From Betaproteobacteria bacterium (GTDB lineage Bacteria; Pseudomonadota; Gammaproteobacteria; Burkholderiales; SG8-39), in assembly GCA_005883675.1 (NCBI GenBank), contig VBCM01000191.1, positions 109-64,108 of the forward strand: 64,000 nucleotides of DNA. Direction: 5' to 3'. This document shows positions 33,776 to 44,870 of the stretch, one piece after another (the first letter of the stretch is position 1; each line of letters opens with the position of its first letter). Made by a program: the position numbers and the translations under genes. The notes under the pieces are model-generated. The model saw only the letters and a program-made list of their open reading frames with translations, had not been told where the DNA came from and searched no databases.

Positions 33776-35127
33776 GGCAGCGCGCGCACCGCGGCGGCAA
33801 ATGCCTCGCCGCGTTCCTTGTAGTCGCGAAACATGTCGAAGCTCGCGCAGGCGGGCGAGAGCAGCACCGCTTCGCCCCGGCGGGCAAGTCGCGCGGCGCG
33901 CTCGACTGCTTGCTCCAGAGTCGCGCATCGCTCCACTGCGAGCTCGGCAAGCGCCGCCTCGATGAGTGGCGCGTCACGACCGATGAGCAACACGCGCGAT
34001 GCGTATTGCGCCACCGGCTCACGCAGCGGCGCGAAATCCTGGCCCTTGCCTTCGCCCCCGAGAATCAGCACGGCACGCCTGCCCAGTCCGCGCAAGGCAG
34101 CGATGGTCGCGCCGACGTTGGTGCCCTTCGAATCGTCGTACCAATCGACGCCGCCCCGCGTCGTCACCAGTTCAACGCGATGCGGCAACCCGCGGAAGGA
34201 GCAAAGCGCCGGCGCGAAGCGCTCGCGCGGCACTCCGGCAGCGCGGGCGAGCGCGCAGGCGGCGAGCGCATTGGCGACGTTATGCGCGCCGTGAATGGCA
34301 AGCGCGCTCGCCTCGAGCAGCCGGTGCGGTCCTTCCATGAGCGCGCCGCCAGCAATGCCGTAATCGCGCGCCGTCGGTGGCGCGTCGAGCCCGAAGCTGA
34401 CAACGCGCCTGCCCGGTAGGCCCATGGCGAGCGAAGCGGGATCGTCGCGATTGACCACTTGGATGCCCGCGCCTTGGAAGATGCGCGCCTTAGCGGCGCC
34501 GTAGTCGGCAAGGCCGCCATAGCGGTCGAGGTGATCCTCGCTCAGATTGAGCATGGTCGCGGCTGCGGCGTTGAGGGTCCACGTGGTCTCGAGCTGGTAG
34601 CTCGAGAGCTCGAGCACCCAAGCCGCCGGCGGCTTGTCTCTCGCCATCAGCGCGTCGAGTACCGGCGGCGATATGTTCCCCGCCACCTCGCAGTCGATGC
34701 CCGCGCTTCTCAGGAGGTGGCCGGTGAGCGCAGTGACGGTGCTCTTGCCGTTGGTGCCGGTCACCGCGAGCACCGGCGCCTGGTTCTCCCAGGCGAAGAG
34801 CTCGATGTCGCCGAGCACCGGGATGCCGCGCGAGAGCGCCTCGCCAACGAGCGGCTCGGCGAGCGACAGCCCCGGGCTGATGCATACGAGGTCGACCTCG
34901 GCGAGCAGCGCTGGCGTGAATCGCCCGAGCCGCACGTCGCCCGAGAGCTCGCCGCGCCGCGGCGGCGCGACCCGCGTATCGGCCACGCGCACAAGAGCGC
35001 CGCGGCGCTCGGCGTAGCGCGCTACCGAGAGGCCCGTATCTCCCAGCCCGAGCACCAGCAGCCGGCGCGCGGCTAGGGCCACGCGCGGAGGCTGCGGCAG
35101 CAGGTGAATGGCGCTGTCGCGCATCAT
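33772..35127 (-). CDS. murD: UDP-N-acetylmuramoylalanine--D-glutamate ligase
   Basis: Internal ATG at 35127 overlapping the mraY stop. [20 protein letters not shown]. Confidence 0.95.
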   Translation of the reverse strand: MMRDSAIHLLPQPPRVALAARRLLVLGLGDTGLSVARYAERRGALVRVADTRVAPPRRGELSGDVRLGRFTPALLAEVDLVCISPGLSLAEPLVGEALSRGIPVLGDIELFAWENQAPVLAVTGTNGKSTVTALTGHLLRSAGIDCEVAGNISPPVLDALMARDKPPAAWVLELSSYQLETTWTLNAAAATMLNLSEDHLDRYGGLADYGAAKARIFQGAGIQVVNRDDPASLAMGLPGRRVVSFGLDAPPTARDYGIAGGALMEGPHRLLEASALAIHGAHNVANALAACALARAAGVPRERFAPALCSFRGLPHRVELVTTRGGVDWYDDSKGTNVGATIAALRGLGRRAVLILGGEGKGQDFAPLREPVAQYASRVLLIGRDAPLIEAALAELAVERCATLEQAVERAARLARRGEAVLLSPACASFDMFRDYKERGEAFAAAVRALP

Positions 35128-36215
35128 CTGAGCTTGAGCGTCGAGAGGCCGAACAGCACGAGCATCATGGTGATGATCCAGAAGCGCACCACGACCTGGC
35201 TCTCCTTCCAGCCCTCGAGCTCGTAATGGTGATGCAGCGGCGCCATGCGGAAGATGCGCTTGCCGCCGCTCCACTTGAAGTAGAGCACCTGGATCATCAC
35301 GGAAAGCGTCTCGGCGACGAACACGCCGCCCATGATGAAGAGCACGATCTCCTGGCGCACGATCACCGCCACCGTGCCGAGCGCGGCGCCGAGCGCAAGC
35401 GCGCCGACGTCGCCCATGAACACTTCCGCCGGATAGGCGTTGAACCACAGAAAGCCGAGCCCCGCGCCGGCGAGCGCGCCGCAGATCACCGCCAGCTCGC
35501 CCGCGCCGGGGATGTAGGGTAGCCCGAGGTACTTCGAGAACACAGCGTGCCCCGCGACATAGGCGAACACGCCGAGCGCGCTGCCGACGAGCACCGTCGG
35601 CATGATGGCGAGGCCGTCGAGCCCGTCGGTGAGGTTCACCGCATTGGAAGTGCCCACGATGACGAAGAAGGTGAGCACGATGAAGCCAAGCGTGCCGAGC
35701 GGATAGGCGACGAACTTGAAGAACGGCACGATCAGTTGGTTGAGCGGCGGCATGCTCTGCGCGAGCCAGGCAAGGTAGGCTGCCGCGGCGAGGCCGATCA
35801 GCGATTGCCAGAAGAATTTCGCCCTGGGCGAGAGTCCCTTCGGGTTGCGGTGCACGACCTTGCGGTAGTCGTCGATCCAGCCGATGGAGCCGAAAGCGAG
35901 CGTCACCAGCAGCACCACCCAGAGGAACTTGTTCGAAAGGTCGCCCCACAGCAGCGTGGTGACGCAGATCGACACGAGGATCAGCGCCCCGCCCATGGTG
36001 GGCGTGCCCGCCTTGGTGAGATGCGAGCGCGGCCCGTCGTCGCGTACCGCCTGGCCAATCTTGTAGGCGGTGAGCTTGCGGATCATGTAGGGCCCGAGCA
36101 CCAGCGACACGGCGAGCGCGGTGAGGCAGGCGAGCACCGCGCGCAGCGTGATGTAGTTGAACACGTTGAACACGCGCACGTCCCTGGCGAGCCACTGGGC
36201 GATCTCGAGCAGCAT
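35124..36215 (-). CDS. mraY: phospho-N-acetylmuramoyl-pentapeptide transferase
   Basis: 363 aa. [21 protein letters not shown]. Confidence 0.97.
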   Translation of the reverse strand: MLLEIAQWLARDVRVFNVFNYITLRAVLACLTALAVSLVLGPYMIRKLTAYKIGQAVRDDGPRSHLTKAGTPTMGGALILVSICVTTLLWGDLSNKFLWVVLLVTLAFGSIGWIDDYRKVVHRNPKGLSPRAKFFWQSLIGLAAAAYLAWLAQSMPPLNQLIVPFFKFVAYPLGTLGFIVLTFFVIVGTSNAVNLTDGLDGLAIMPTVLVGSALGVFAYVAGHAVFSKYLGLPYIPGAGELAVICGALAGAGLGFLWFNAYPAEVFMGDVGALALGAALGTVAVIVRQEIVLFIMGGVFVAETLSVMIQVLYFKWSGGKRIFRMAPLHHHYELEGWKESQVVVRFWIITMMLVLFGLSTLKLR

Positions 36216-37564
36216 TAGTGCGCCCCCTCGAACGGCGTGCCGAGGAGCGCCGCCACGACACGCTCCATCTTCATGAAGCGCGAACCCTTGACGAGCACCG
36301 TGCGGCCCTCGATGGCGGCGATGAGCGCATTCACGTCGCCGAAGTGCGCGCCGCTCGCGCCGAACGCCTCGGCCGCATGAGCAGCCGCCTCGCCAAGCGT
36401 CAATAGCCGCGTCACGCCGCGCGCGCGGGCATAGGCGCCGATCTCGCGATGAAACGCCGGCCCCTGCGGCCCCACTTCGCCCATGTCGCCGAGCACGAGC
36501 ACCGTGGGCGCCGGACAGGAGGCGAGGACGTCGATCGCGGCGCGCACGGAATCGGGGTTGGCGTTGTAGCTATCGTCGATCACCGTAAGTCCACCGCGGG
36601 CCTGCTTGACCTGCAGCCGGCCCGTGTAAGGCCGAAACGTGCTCAGCCCGGCCGCGATCGTCGCGGCCGGGATGCCCGCCGCGTGCGCGCAGGCGGCGGC
36701 GGCGAGCGCGTTGCGCACGTTGTGCAGGCCGGGGATGGCGAGGGTTGCTTGAGCGTCGCCCTGCGGCGTATGCAGGCGCAGCTCGCTCTGCAAGCCGCCC
36801 AGCGCATAGCGGCCGCTCACCGTCGCGGCTTTGAGCCCGAACTCCACCACGCGCCGGGCGCCGGCGCGCTGTCGAAAGAGCGCGGCATGCTCATCGTCGG
36901 CGTTGATCACTGCGGTGCCGGCGGCGGGCAGCGCGTCGTAGACGCTCGCGTTCTCCGCCGCGACCTCGTCGACACTGCCCATGAACTCGAGGTGCTCGCG
37001 CTGGGCGTTGTTGACCAGCGCGATGGTCGGCGCGGCGATGCCCGCGAGGCAGGCGATCTCGCCGCGATGATTCATGCCGAGCTCGATGGCGCACCAGCGG
37101 TGCGCAGGCCTCATCTTGAGCAGCGTGAGCGGCACGCCGATGTCGTTATTCAGGTTGCCGGTGGTGGCGAGCACCGCCTGATCGCCGGCGTGGCGCCGCA
37201 GGATTGCGGCGAGCATTTCCTTCACCGTGGTCTTGCCGTTGGAGCCGGTGACGGCGATGAGCACCGGTGCGAAGCGCGAGCGCCAGTCGCGCGCGAGCTC
37301 GCCAAGCGCGCGCTTGCTGTCCTGCACGATGATGACCGGAAGCGGATACGGCCCCTGATAGTCGTGATCGACCATGGCGGCGGCCGCGCCGCGCCGGACG
37401 GCGGCATCGAGGAAGTCGTGCCCATCGAAGCGCTCGCCGCGCAAGGCGACGAAGAGTTCATTGCGCCCGACCGAGCGGCTGTCGGTCGACACGCCGGAAA
37501 AGCGCGTGTCGGCGCCGCTGGTGCGGCCGCCGGTCACGCTCGCTGCTTCGGACGCGCTCATCAT
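36215..37564 (-). CDS. murF: UDP-N-acetylmuramoyl-tripeptide--D-alanyl-D-alanine ligase
   Basis: Internal ATG ATG at 37564 (MMSASEAA...VSTDSRSV...[23 protein letters not shown]). Confidence 0.95.
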   Translation of the reverse strand: MMSASEAASVTGGRTSGADTRFSGVSTDSRSVGRNELFVALRGERFDGHDFLDAAVRRGAAAAMVDHDYQGPYPLPVIIVQDSKRALGELARDWRSRFAPVLIAVTGSNGKTTVKEMLAAILRRHAGDQAVLATTGNLNNDIGVPLTLLKMRPAHRWCAIELGMNHRGEIACLAGIAAPTIALVNNAQREHLEFMGSVDEVAAENASVYDALPAAGTAVINADDEHAALFRQRAGARRVVEFGLKAATVSGRYALGGLQSELRLHTPQGDAQATLAIPGLHNVRNALAAAACAHAAGIPAATIAAGLSTFRPYTGRLQVKQARGGLTVIDDSYNANPDSVRAAIDVLASCPAPTVLVLGDMGEVGPQGPAFHREIGAYARARGVTRLLTLGEAAAHAAEAFGASGAHFGDVNALIAAIEGRTVLVKGSRFMKMERVVAALLGTPFEGAH

Positions 37565-38915
37565 CGCGTACTCCGCAGGGCAAGCGCGGCACGCGCCGCC
37601 GCCTGGTCGGAAAACGCCAGCCGCTCGCCGGCGATTTCCTGGTAGCTCTCGTGCCCCTTGCCCGCAATCAGCACCACATCGTCGGGCGCGGCCTCGAGCA
37701 GCGCCATCTCGATGGCGCGACGGCGATCGGGCTCGCGGCGCGCGCGGTCGCGCATGCCACTCGCGACCGCCTCGATGATGCGAAGCGGATCTTCGCCGCG
37801 CGGATTGTCCGAAGTGATGATGACGCGATCGGCGCCGCGCTCGGCGGCGGCGCCCATCAGCGGCCGCTTCGCCGGATCGCGGTCGCCGCCGGCGCCGAAC
37901 ACCACGGCGAGCCGACCGCCGCGCTCGGCGGCGAGCGGCCTTAGCGCGGCGAGCGCTTTTTCGAGCGCGTCGGGCGTGTGCGCATAGTCGACGATGACGA
38001 GGGGGCGCTCGCCCACCGCCTCCATTCGCCCCGGCACCGCCGGCAGGTCGGCGAGCAGGCGCACGGCGTCGGCGAACGCTATGGTCCCCAGCTCGAGACG
38101 AGCTGCATCGAGGGCTGCAAGCCGATGAACTCGTCGGTCGCACCGGCCAGCGGTGCGTCCATGGCGTAGCCGATGCAGCGCACGCGCCGCGCGAGGCGGC
38201 GCGCGAGCTCCCGACCGAACGCATCGTCGAGGTTGAGCACCGCCGCCTCGAGGCCCGGCATGGCGAAAAGCGCGGCCTTCGCTTCGGCATAGGCCTGCAT
38301 CGAGCCGTGGTAATCGAGATGATCGTGCGAAAGATTGGTGAACAGCGCGCAAGCGAACCGTACGGCATTCACCCGGCCTTGCGCGAGACCGTGCGACGAG
38401 ACTTCCATCGCCACGGCGCGCGCGCCGGCGGCGCGCAGCTCGGCGAGCGTCGCTTGCAGTTCCAGCGCATCCGGGGTGGTATTGCCGGCCTCGCGCAAGG
38501 CGCCGGGGAAGCCGCAGCCGAGCGTGCCAATGATGCCGCTCGGCGTACCGCTCGCTTGCAACGCCGCGGCGATCCAGTGGCTGCAAGAGGTCTTGCCGTT
38601 GGTGCCGGTCACGCCGCACATCCACAAAACGTGCGAAGGTTGCCCGTAGAACTCGGCGGCGAGCTCGCTTGCGCGCTGCTTCAGCCCATGGACCGCGCTG
38701 TTGGGCACGCGCCAGGACGGCGCCCAGACGAAGTTGTCCGCCTCCCAAAGCACGGCGGAGGCACCGCGCGCCACGGCATCGCCGATGTAGGCACGGCCAT
38801 CGGCGCGCTCGCCAGGGTAGGCGAGAAACGCCGTCCCGGGGCGGCAGCGCCGGCTATCGGCGGTGAGCCGCTCGATCATGGCGCCCTGCGCAGCGAGTCG
38901 TTGGAAGAGCTCCAT
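37561..38915 (-). pseudogene. murE: UDP-N-acetylmuramoylalanyl-D-glutamate--2,6-diaminopimelate ligase, split into two frames by an internal lesion near 38085
   Basis: N-terminal 278 codons in ORF 38079..38915 (GVTGTNGKTS, EVSSHGL, ...VSSWGP*). C-terminal part lies only in the frame of ORF 37561..38748 (IAFADAVRLLADLPAVPGRMEAV...VVDYAHTPDALEKAL...DNPRGEDP). Confidence 0.8.
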
Positions 38916-38921
38916 GGTCGC

Positions 38922-40652
38922 TCACGTACTCTCCCGCGGTTCGTCGAGCGCACCGGGCCGCTCGAGCGGCTCGAGCGGCGCATCGTGCGGCACGCCGAGC
39001 AGGCGCAGCGTCGCCTGCATGACCTCGGCGAACACCGGCGCGGCGACCGAGCCTCCGTAGTAGCCGCCGGCTGGCTCGTCGATCATGACGCCGATGATGA
39101 CGCGCGGCGCCGACACGGGTGCAAGACCAACGAACGAGGCAATATATTTGTCCGCGGCGTAGCCGCCGTTTTCCTGCTTGTGCGCCGTACCGGTTTTGCC
39201 GGCGACGCGCCAGCCGACGATGCGCGCCCGCGGGCCAGTGCCACCGGGCTGTACCGCCGCCTCGAGCATCGCGCGCACCGCGCGCGCCGTCTCGGCGGAG
39301 ACGAGTTTCTCGCCGCGCGCCGCCAGTTCGCTTTTGACCAGCGTGAGCGGCGCCAATTCCCCGTCGAGCGCAAAGATCGTGTAGGCGCGCGCGAGCTGGA
39401 TCAGGCTCAGCGAGATGCCATGGCCGTACGCCATGGTCGCCTGCTCGATCGGTCGCCAGCTCCGGTAGGCACGCAGTCGCCCCGCCGCCGCCCCCGGAAA
39501 GCCGAGTTGCGGCGCCGTGCCGAATCCGAGCCGATGGTAGAAATCCCATAGCGCTTCGCGCGGCATGGCAAGGGCAAGCTTCGCAGCGCCGACGTTGGAG
39601 GATTTCTGCAGCACCTGCGTCACGGTAAGCGCGGCCGCCGGATGCACATCGCGGATGGTGTAATGAGCAAGCGTCATGCGCCCCGGCGCGGTAGCGATGG
39701 TGGTCTGCGGGGTCACCTTTCCCGATTCGAGCGCAAGCGCGATGGTAAACGGCTTGAGCGTCGAGCCGGGCTCGAAGAGATCCGTGATCACGCGATTGCG
39801 CAGCTCCGCGCCGGTCAGGTTCGCCCGGTTGTTGGGGTTGAACGAGGGCACGTTGGCGAGCGCGAGCACCTCGCCGGTCTGCACGTTGAGCGCGACGAGC
39901 GCGCCCGCCTTCGCCCGGTGGCGCTCGACTGCAGCCTTGAGCGCGGCGAAGGCGACGCTCTGGATCTTGCTGTCGATCGACAGCGTGAGATCGACCCCGT
40001 CCTGCGCGGCGCGGATCGATTGCACGTCCTCCACGATGTGTCCGAGGCGATCCTTGATGACGCGGCGGCTGCCGCGTCTGCCGCCGAGCGACTGCTCGTA
40101 AGCGAGCTCGAGACCCTCCTGCCCCACGTCTTCGACATCGGTAAAACCAAGAAGGTGCGCCGTCACTTCGCCCGCCGGGTAGTAACGCCGGTACTCGCGC
40201 TGCTCGTAGATGCCCGCCAGCGCAAGCTTGGCAATCGCTTCGGCCGTCTCGGGCGCGAGCTGCCGCTTGAGGTAGACGAAATCGTGCTCCGGCTCGGCGA
40301 GCTTTCTTTCGAGCTCGCGTGTGCCCATGCCGAGCAGCCGGGCAAGGCTTTTCCTTTGCGTGGGCTTCAATTGCACGTCGGACGGGATCGCCCAGATCGA
40401 TTTCACCGGCGTGGAGACGGCGAGCGCTTCACCATGGCGGTCGGTGATGCGACCGCGAGTCGCCGGCATTTCAAGCACGCGCGAATAGCGGGCATCGCCC
40501 TTTTCCTGCAGGAAATCGGTCTTCACGGCCTGCAGGTACACGGCGCGGACCAGCAGCGCGGCGAAAGCGGCGACCAAGGCAGCTAGTACGATGCGCGCGC
40601 GCCATACCGGCAAGCGCACGAGACCCTGCGCCGCGACGCTGCCCGCGGTCAC
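38922..40652 (-). CDS. ftsI: peptidoglycan D,D-transpeptidase FtsI (PBP3)
   Basis: GTG at 40652 overlapping the ftsL stop (GTGA). TM anchor, GRITDRHG, STLKP, SSN, KTGTA motifs. Confidence 0.95.
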   Translation of the reverse strand: MTAGSVAAQGLVRLPVWRARIVLAALVAAFAALLVRAVYLQAVKTDFLQEKGDARYSRVLEMPATRGRITDRHGEALAVSTPVKSIWAIPSDVQLKPTQRKSLARLLGMGTRELERKLAEPEHDFVYLKRQLAPETAEAIAKLALAGIYEQREYRRYYPAGEVTAHLLGFTDVEDVGQEGLELAYEQSLGGRRGSRRVIKDRLGHIVEDVQSIRAAQDGVDLTLSIDSKIQSVAFAALKAAVERHRAKAGALVALNVQTGEVLALANVPSFNPNNRANLTGAELRNRVITDLFEPGSTLKPFTIALALESGKVTPQTTIATAPGRMTLAHYTIRDVHPAAALTVTQVLQKSSNVGAAKLALAMPREALWDFYHRLGFGTAPQLGFPGAAAGRLRAYRSWRPIEQATMAYGHGISLSLIQLARAYTIFALDGELAPLTLVKSELAARGEKLVSAETARAVRAMLEAAVQPGGTGPRARIVGWRVAGKTGTAHKQENGGYAADKYIASFVGLAPVSAPRVIIGVMIDEPAGGYYGGSVAAPVFAEVMQATLRLLGVPHDAPLEPLERPGALDEPREST

Positions 40653-40921
40653 TGCGCGTTGTCTCGGGCGAGCAGTCGCACGCGCCGCGCATCCGGGATG
40701 CGCAGCCCGAGCGTGCCGGCGGCGATTCTTGCCACGCGCGAGTGCTGGCCCCAAGTGCTCGCCTCGAGCTGCAAGCGGCCGTATTCCACGTCGAGCTCGC
40801 GCGCGTGTTCATGCTCGCGCTCGAGCGCCGAAAAGAGCTTGCGTGCCTTGTGCTGCGACGTGACGAGCCCGAGCGCGCAGGCGACGAGAACCGCGAGGAG
40901 GAGGAGGTTCAGTTTCGCCAC
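40649..40921 (-). CDS. ftsL: cell division protein FtsL
   Basis: 90 aa, single TM helix plus coiled coil. Position between rsmH and ftsI. Confidence 0.9.
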   Translation of the reverse strand: MAKLNLLLLAVLVACALGLVTSQHKARKLFSALEREHEHARELDVEYGRLQLEASTWGQHSRVARIAAGTLGLRIPDARRVRLLARDNAQ

Positions 40922-41862
40922 CGCGCGCCGGGCTCGATTCGGTTGTCGGGTTGATGGGGCCCCGCGGTGCGCTCGGCCACCCGGAGGATGGCACTGCGCG
41001 CCCGCGGGTTTCTTCTTGTCTCTTGCTCGCTCGGGCGGATCGGGCGGCCGACGATGCGCAGCACCGGCTGCGGCATCTCCGCCTCGCGCAACGGCAGTCC
41101 GCGCGGCACCGGGGGGCGCGCCGCCGCCTGCATGAAGCGCTTGACAATGCGGTCTTCGAGCGAGTGAAAGCTGATCACGGCAAGCCGGCCGCCCGGCTCG
41201 AGATGCCGGGCAGCCTGCGGCAGCATCAGCGACACTTCCTCAAGCTCCCGATTGACGTGAATCCGTAGAGCCTGAAAGGTGCGCGTCGCCGGATCCTGGG
41301 CCGGCTCGCGTGTGCGGACCGCCTTTGCCACGAGATCGGCCAGTTGCCGGGTGCGAAGGAGGGGCTCGCGGCGGCGAGCAGCAACAATCGCCGCTGCAAT
41401 CTGTTTAGCAAACCGTTCTTCGCCATAGTTGCGGATGACCTCCCTGATTTGTTGTTCTTCTGCGCGCGCGAGCCAGGCGGCGGCAGGCTCACCCGCTTGC
41501 GGATCCATGCGCATGTCGAGCGGGCCGTCGTGGCGGAAGGAAAATCCGCGACCGGGATCTTCGAGCTGCGGCGAAGAGACCCCGAGGTCGAAAAGCATGC
41601 CGTGCGCCCTGCGGCCGGCGAGCACTTCGCCGAGCGCCGAGAAGCGCGCACGCACGAAGGTGAAGCGCGGATCGCGGATCGAGAGCGCCTCGCGCTCGGC
41701 GGCCGGGTCGCGGTCGAGCGCAATCAGCCGCCCGGCCGCGCCGAGGCGTTCGAGGATCGCGCGGCTGTGGCCCCCGCGCCCGAACGTGCCATCCAAATAG
41801 AGCCCGTCGGCGCGTATAGGGAGCGCTGCGATCGCTTCGCTGAGGAGCACCGGCTCGTGCAT
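40909..41862 (-). CDS. rsmH: 16S rRNA (cytosine1402-N4)-methyltransferase
   Basis: 317 aa. [35 protein letters not shown]. Confidence 0.96.
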   Translation of the reverse strand: MHEPVLLSEAIAALPIRADGLYLDGTFGRGGHSRAILERLGAAGRLIALDRDPAAEREALSIRDPRFTFVRARFSALGEVLAGRRAHGMLFDLGVSSPQLEDPGRGFSFRHDGPLDMRMDPQAGEPAAAWLARAEEQQIREVIRNYGEERFAKQIAAAIVAARRREPLLRTRQLADLVAKAVRTREPAQDPATRTFQALRIHVNRELEEVSLMLPQAARHLEPGGRLAVISFHSLEDRIVKRFMQAAARPPVPRGLPLREAEMPQPVLRIVGRPIRPSEQETRRNPRARSAILRVAERTAGPHQPDNRIEPGARWRN

Positions 41863-41871
41863 CCGCGGCGT

Positions 41872-42321
41872 TCACAGGGAGAAATCTTCCATGCCCGCAG
41901 GCGGCGTGCCCGTCGCCGCAAGCGCGCGGTCGAGCTTCGCCGCCCAGACGCCGGCATCCCACAGCTCGAAGTAATGGCCTTGGCCAACCATCATCGCGTC
42001 GCGCTCGAGCTTTGCGTGCATGCGCAGTGCCGGCGGCAGAAGGATGCGACCCGAGTTGTCCGGCGACACGTGCTCCTCAAAGCCGAGGAGCAAGCGCTTC
42101 CACCAGCTCGCGGTCGGATCGAAGCTCGGAAACGTGGCGACTTTCGCTCGCACCGGCTCCCAGTCGGTTTCCGGGTAAATAAGCACGCAGCCATCCGGGT
42201 GCGCCGTGAGGACCAACGACTTGCCGGACTGCAGCAGCGCTGCACGGTGGCGCGTCGGGATAGCGACGCGTCCCTTGGCGTCGAGGGTGATGACCGCCGC
42301 TCCGTGAAACTCTGCTTCCAT
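41872..42321 (-). CDS. mraZ: division/cell wall cluster transcriptional regulator MraZ
   Basis: Internal ATG at 42321 (MEAEFHGAAVITLDAKGRVAIP...GRILLPPALR), a duplicated SpoVT/AbrB-like fold. Confidence 0.93.
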   Translation of the reverse strand: MEAEFHGAAVITLDAKGRVAIPTRHRAALLQSGKSLVLTAHPDGCVLIYPETDWEPVRAKVATFPSFDPTASWWKRLLLGFEEHVSPDNSGRILLPPALRMHAKLERDAMMVGQGHYFELWDAGVWAAKLDRALAATGTPPAGMEDFSL

Positions 42322-42333
42322 TGGGCTCTTTGT

Positions 42334-42358
42334 CCCACTTTTTTCTACCTTTTGCCAC
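42334..42358 (-). promoter_or_regulatory. three GT(G/A)GN direct repeats at exact 10-bp spacing, candidate MraZ boxes
   Basis: Minus strand reads GTGGC-aaaag-GTAGA-aaaaa-GTGGG, ending 13 nt upstream of the mraZ ATG. E. coli MraZ binds TGGGN repeats with 5-nt spacers. Only one repeat here is a perfect TGGG. Confidence 0.3.
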
Positions 42359-42530
42359 CTTATAGACAAAAGACGGGTCCGTCAAGGATGATTCCCCAAG
42401 CGGGACAAGCACTTACTGTGATTTTTTACACTGCTTTCATGACAAAGACTCTCGCGCACAATCAGTGTCTTATGGATATCTCTGAATGTGCTTCCTCAAG
42501 TGGGGCGGGTGCCATAATGGCGCCCTTCCG

Positions 42531-43214
42531 ATGATCGATAAGTCCTTCGCCAGCGCAGAGGCGGCGCTCGCCGACATCCCCGACGGCGCCACGATCATGA
42601 TCGGTGGCTTCGGTAACGCGGGGATGCCGGCCGCACTGATCGACGCGCTGATCGCACAGGGGGCGCGCAGCCTCACCATCGTCAACAATAACGCGGGCAA
42701 CGGCGATACGGGCCTCGCGGCGCTCATTGCCGCAAAGCGCGTGCGCAAGATTTTCTGCTCGTTTCCGCGTCAGGCCGATTCCTGGCATTTCGACCGCGCA
42801 TACCGCGCGGGCGAAATCGAGCTCGAGCTGGTTCCCCAGGGCACGCTCGCCGAGCGCATTCGCGCCGCCGGCGCGGGCATCGGCGCGTTCTACACGCCCA
42901 CTGCGTACGGTACGCTGCTTGCCGAGGGCAAGGAGACCCGGCGCATCGGCGAACGCGACTACGTGCTCGAATATCCGATCCACGCCGACTACGCGCTCAT
43001 CAAGGCCGATCGCGCCGATCGCTGGGGGAACCTCGCTTATCGGAAGACCGCGCGCAACTTCGCGCCCATCATGGCGAGCGCCGCGCGCTGCACAGTGGTG
43101 CAGGTGCGCGAGATCGCGCAGCTCGGCGCGCTCGATCCCGAGACGATCGTGACGCCGGGAATCTTCGTGAAGCGCGTGGTAAGGATCGGTTCGTCGCTGA
43201 GGAAGGCCGCGTGA
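42531..43214 (+). CDS. scoA: 3-oxoacid CoA-transferase subunit A
   Basis: Internal ATG at 42531. IPDGATIMIGGFGNAGMP, ELELVPQGTLAERIRA. Confidence 0.9.
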   Translation: MIDKSFASAEAALADIPDGATIMIGGFGNAGMPAALIDALIAQGARSLTIVNNNAGNGDTGLAALIAAKRVRKIFCSFPRQADSWHFDRAYRAGEIELELVPQGTLAERIRAAGAGIGAFYTPTAYGTLLAEGKETRRIGERDYVLEYPIHADYALIKADRADRWGNLAYRKTARNFAPIMASAARCTVVQVREIAQLGALDPETIVTPGIFVKRVVRIGSSLRKAA

Positions 43215-43864
43215 TGAAAAAGCTCGATCGCAATCAGATGGCGGCGCGCGTAGCGCGCGATATTCCGGAAGGCTCGTACGTCAATCTCGGCATCGGCTTG
43301 CCGACCCTGGTCGCGGATCACCTGCCCAAGGGCCGCGAGATCATCCTGCACAGCGAGAACGGCGTTCTCGGCGTCGGCCCCAAACCCGCAGCAGGGGAAG
43401 AAGACGAGGACCTGATCAACGCCGGCAAGGAGCCGGTGACGCTGCTTGCGGGCGGCGCCTATTTCCACCACGCCGATTCGTTCGCCATGATCCGCGGCCG
43501 GCATCTCGACTTTGCGGTGCTCGGCGCATTTCAGGTCTCGGTCGCGGGCGATCTCGCCAACTGGCACACCGGCGGCGCAGACGCGATTCCCGCGGTCGGT
43601 GGCGCGATGGACCTCGCCATGGGAGCGAAAAAGGTGCTCGTGATGATGGAGCACCTCACGAAGAAGGGCGAAAGCAAGATCGTGGAGCGCTGCAGCTATC
43701 CGCTCACCGGCGCGCGCTGCGTGAACCGCATCTACACCGACCTCGCGATCATTGACGTAAAGCCGGACGGGCTTCACGTGGTCGAGGTGGTCGAGGGCCT
43801 TTCGTTCGAAGAGCTGCAGCGCCTGACGGGCGTGCCCCTGAAAAGACTGCTTACTGCGGCTTGA
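43211..43864 (+). CDS. scoB: 3-oxoacid CoA-transferase subunit B
   Basis: 217 aa. VNLGIGLPT, SENG catalytic-Glu motif (LHSENGVLG), GGAMDL. Confidence 0.9.
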   Translation: MMKKLDRNQMAARVARDIPEGSYVNLGIGLPTLVADHLPKGREIILHSENGVLGVGPKPAAGEEDEDLINAGKEPVTLLAGGAYFHHADSFAMIRGRHLDFAVLGAFQVSVAGDLANWHTGGADAIPAVGGAMDLAMGAKKVLVMMEHLTKKGESKIVERCSYPLTGARCVNRIYTDLAIIDVKPDGLHVVEVVEGLSFEELQRLTGVPLKRLLTAA

Positions 43865-44819
43865 TTCCGGCGGCTTTCAGCACGCGCGCGTAGTCGTCCA
43901 TCTCGGAGCGCACGAGCTTCGCGAACTCCTGCGGCGACATGTCCATGGTGTCATTGCCGAGGCTTTGCAGCTTTGCCTTCACGCCGGGGTCGACGAGCGC
44001 CTTGCGCGCATCGGCATTGATTTTGTTGACGAGCTCGGGGCTCATGCCCGCCGGTCCCCACATGGCGACCCACAGCGCCGATTCGGCGCCTTTTACGCCC
44101 GCTTCGACGATGGTCGGCACGTCCGGCAATGTCGGGTTCCTCTTGCCAGTCGTGACGGCCAGTGCCCGCAGCTTGCCGCTCTTGATGTTCGAGAGTGCCG
44201 CCGAGATCGGCGCCCAGTAGCCGTCGACGTTGTGGCCGAGGATCGCGGCGATGACTTCCGGCGTTCCCTTGAAAGGCACTTCCACGATCTTGATGTTGGC
44301 GGCGGCGATGAACTTCTCGGTGCTGAGATGCGTGCCGCTGCCGATGCCGGCATGCCCGAGGTTGATCGCGCCGGGCTTCGCCTTTGCCGCGGCGACCAGA
44401 TCGCCGAGAGTTTTATAGGTCGAGTCGGCCCCTACTACCATCACGTTCGGCTGCTCGGCGAAGGGCACGATGTCGGTGAAATCCTTCAACGTGTCGTACG
44501 GCAGCTGGGCGAAGATCGCCGGGTTCACGGTGTGCGCATTGGAGGTGATGAGCAGCGTGTAGCCGTCGGGTGCCGCGCGCGCCACCGCTGCGGAGCCGAT
44601 GGAGCCGCCGGCGCCGGCGCGGTTGTCGTTCACGACCGGCTGGCCCCACATCTCGGACAGCTTCGCCGTAACGATGCGTCCGACGATGTCCACCGCGCTG
44701 CCGGGCGTAAAGGCCAGGATCACCTGCACCGGCTTGGTCGGATAGTTCTGCGCCGCGACCGGCGCGGCAAGCGCGGCCAGTGCGGCGAGCAGAACGAACT
44801 TGCAGCGTTTCATCTTCAT
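43851..44819 (-). CDS. Bug/TctC-family tripartite tricarboxylate transporter substrate-binding protein (orphan)
   Basis: 322 aa. Signal peptide then YPTKPVQVILAFTPGSAVDIVGR, the typical Bug family N-terminus. Confidence 0.88.
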   Translation of the reverse strand: MKMKRCKFVLLAALAALAAPVAAQNYPTKPVQVILAFTPGSAVDIVGRIVTAKLSEMWGQPVVNDNRAGAGGSIGSAAVARAAPDGYTLLITSNAHTVNPAIFAQLPYDTLKDFTDIVPFAEQPNVMVVGADSTYKTLGDLVAAAKAKPGAINLGHAGIGSGTHLSTEKFIAAANIKIVEVPFKGTPEVIAAILGHNVDGYWAPISAALSNIKSGKLRALAVTTGKRNPTLPDVPTIVEAGVKGAESALWVAMWGPAGMSPELVNKINADARKALVDPGVKAKLQSLGNDTMDMSPQEFAKLVRSEMDDYARVLKAAGIKPQ

Positions 44820-44870
44820 CCTCCTAGTTTGGTTTTAATTACAACGCGCGTGCGCGCGCGGCCGTTGACC

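Noticed and set aside
33772-38368. Very long fused ORFs 33772..36261 and 36215..38368 suggesting giant Mur fusion proteins
   Set aside because: The upstream parts are out-of-frame read-through over mraY and murE, with Arg-rich nonsense. murD and murF start at internal ATGs (35127, 37564) that overlap the preceding stops, as is usual in dcw clusters.
42322-42530. Searched for RNase P RNA (rnpB) or another structured RNA upstream of mraZ, where rnpB lies in some proteobacteria
   Set aside because: The region is only about 210 nt and lacks the conserved GAGGAAAGTCCGGGC-type core. No convincing structure was seen.
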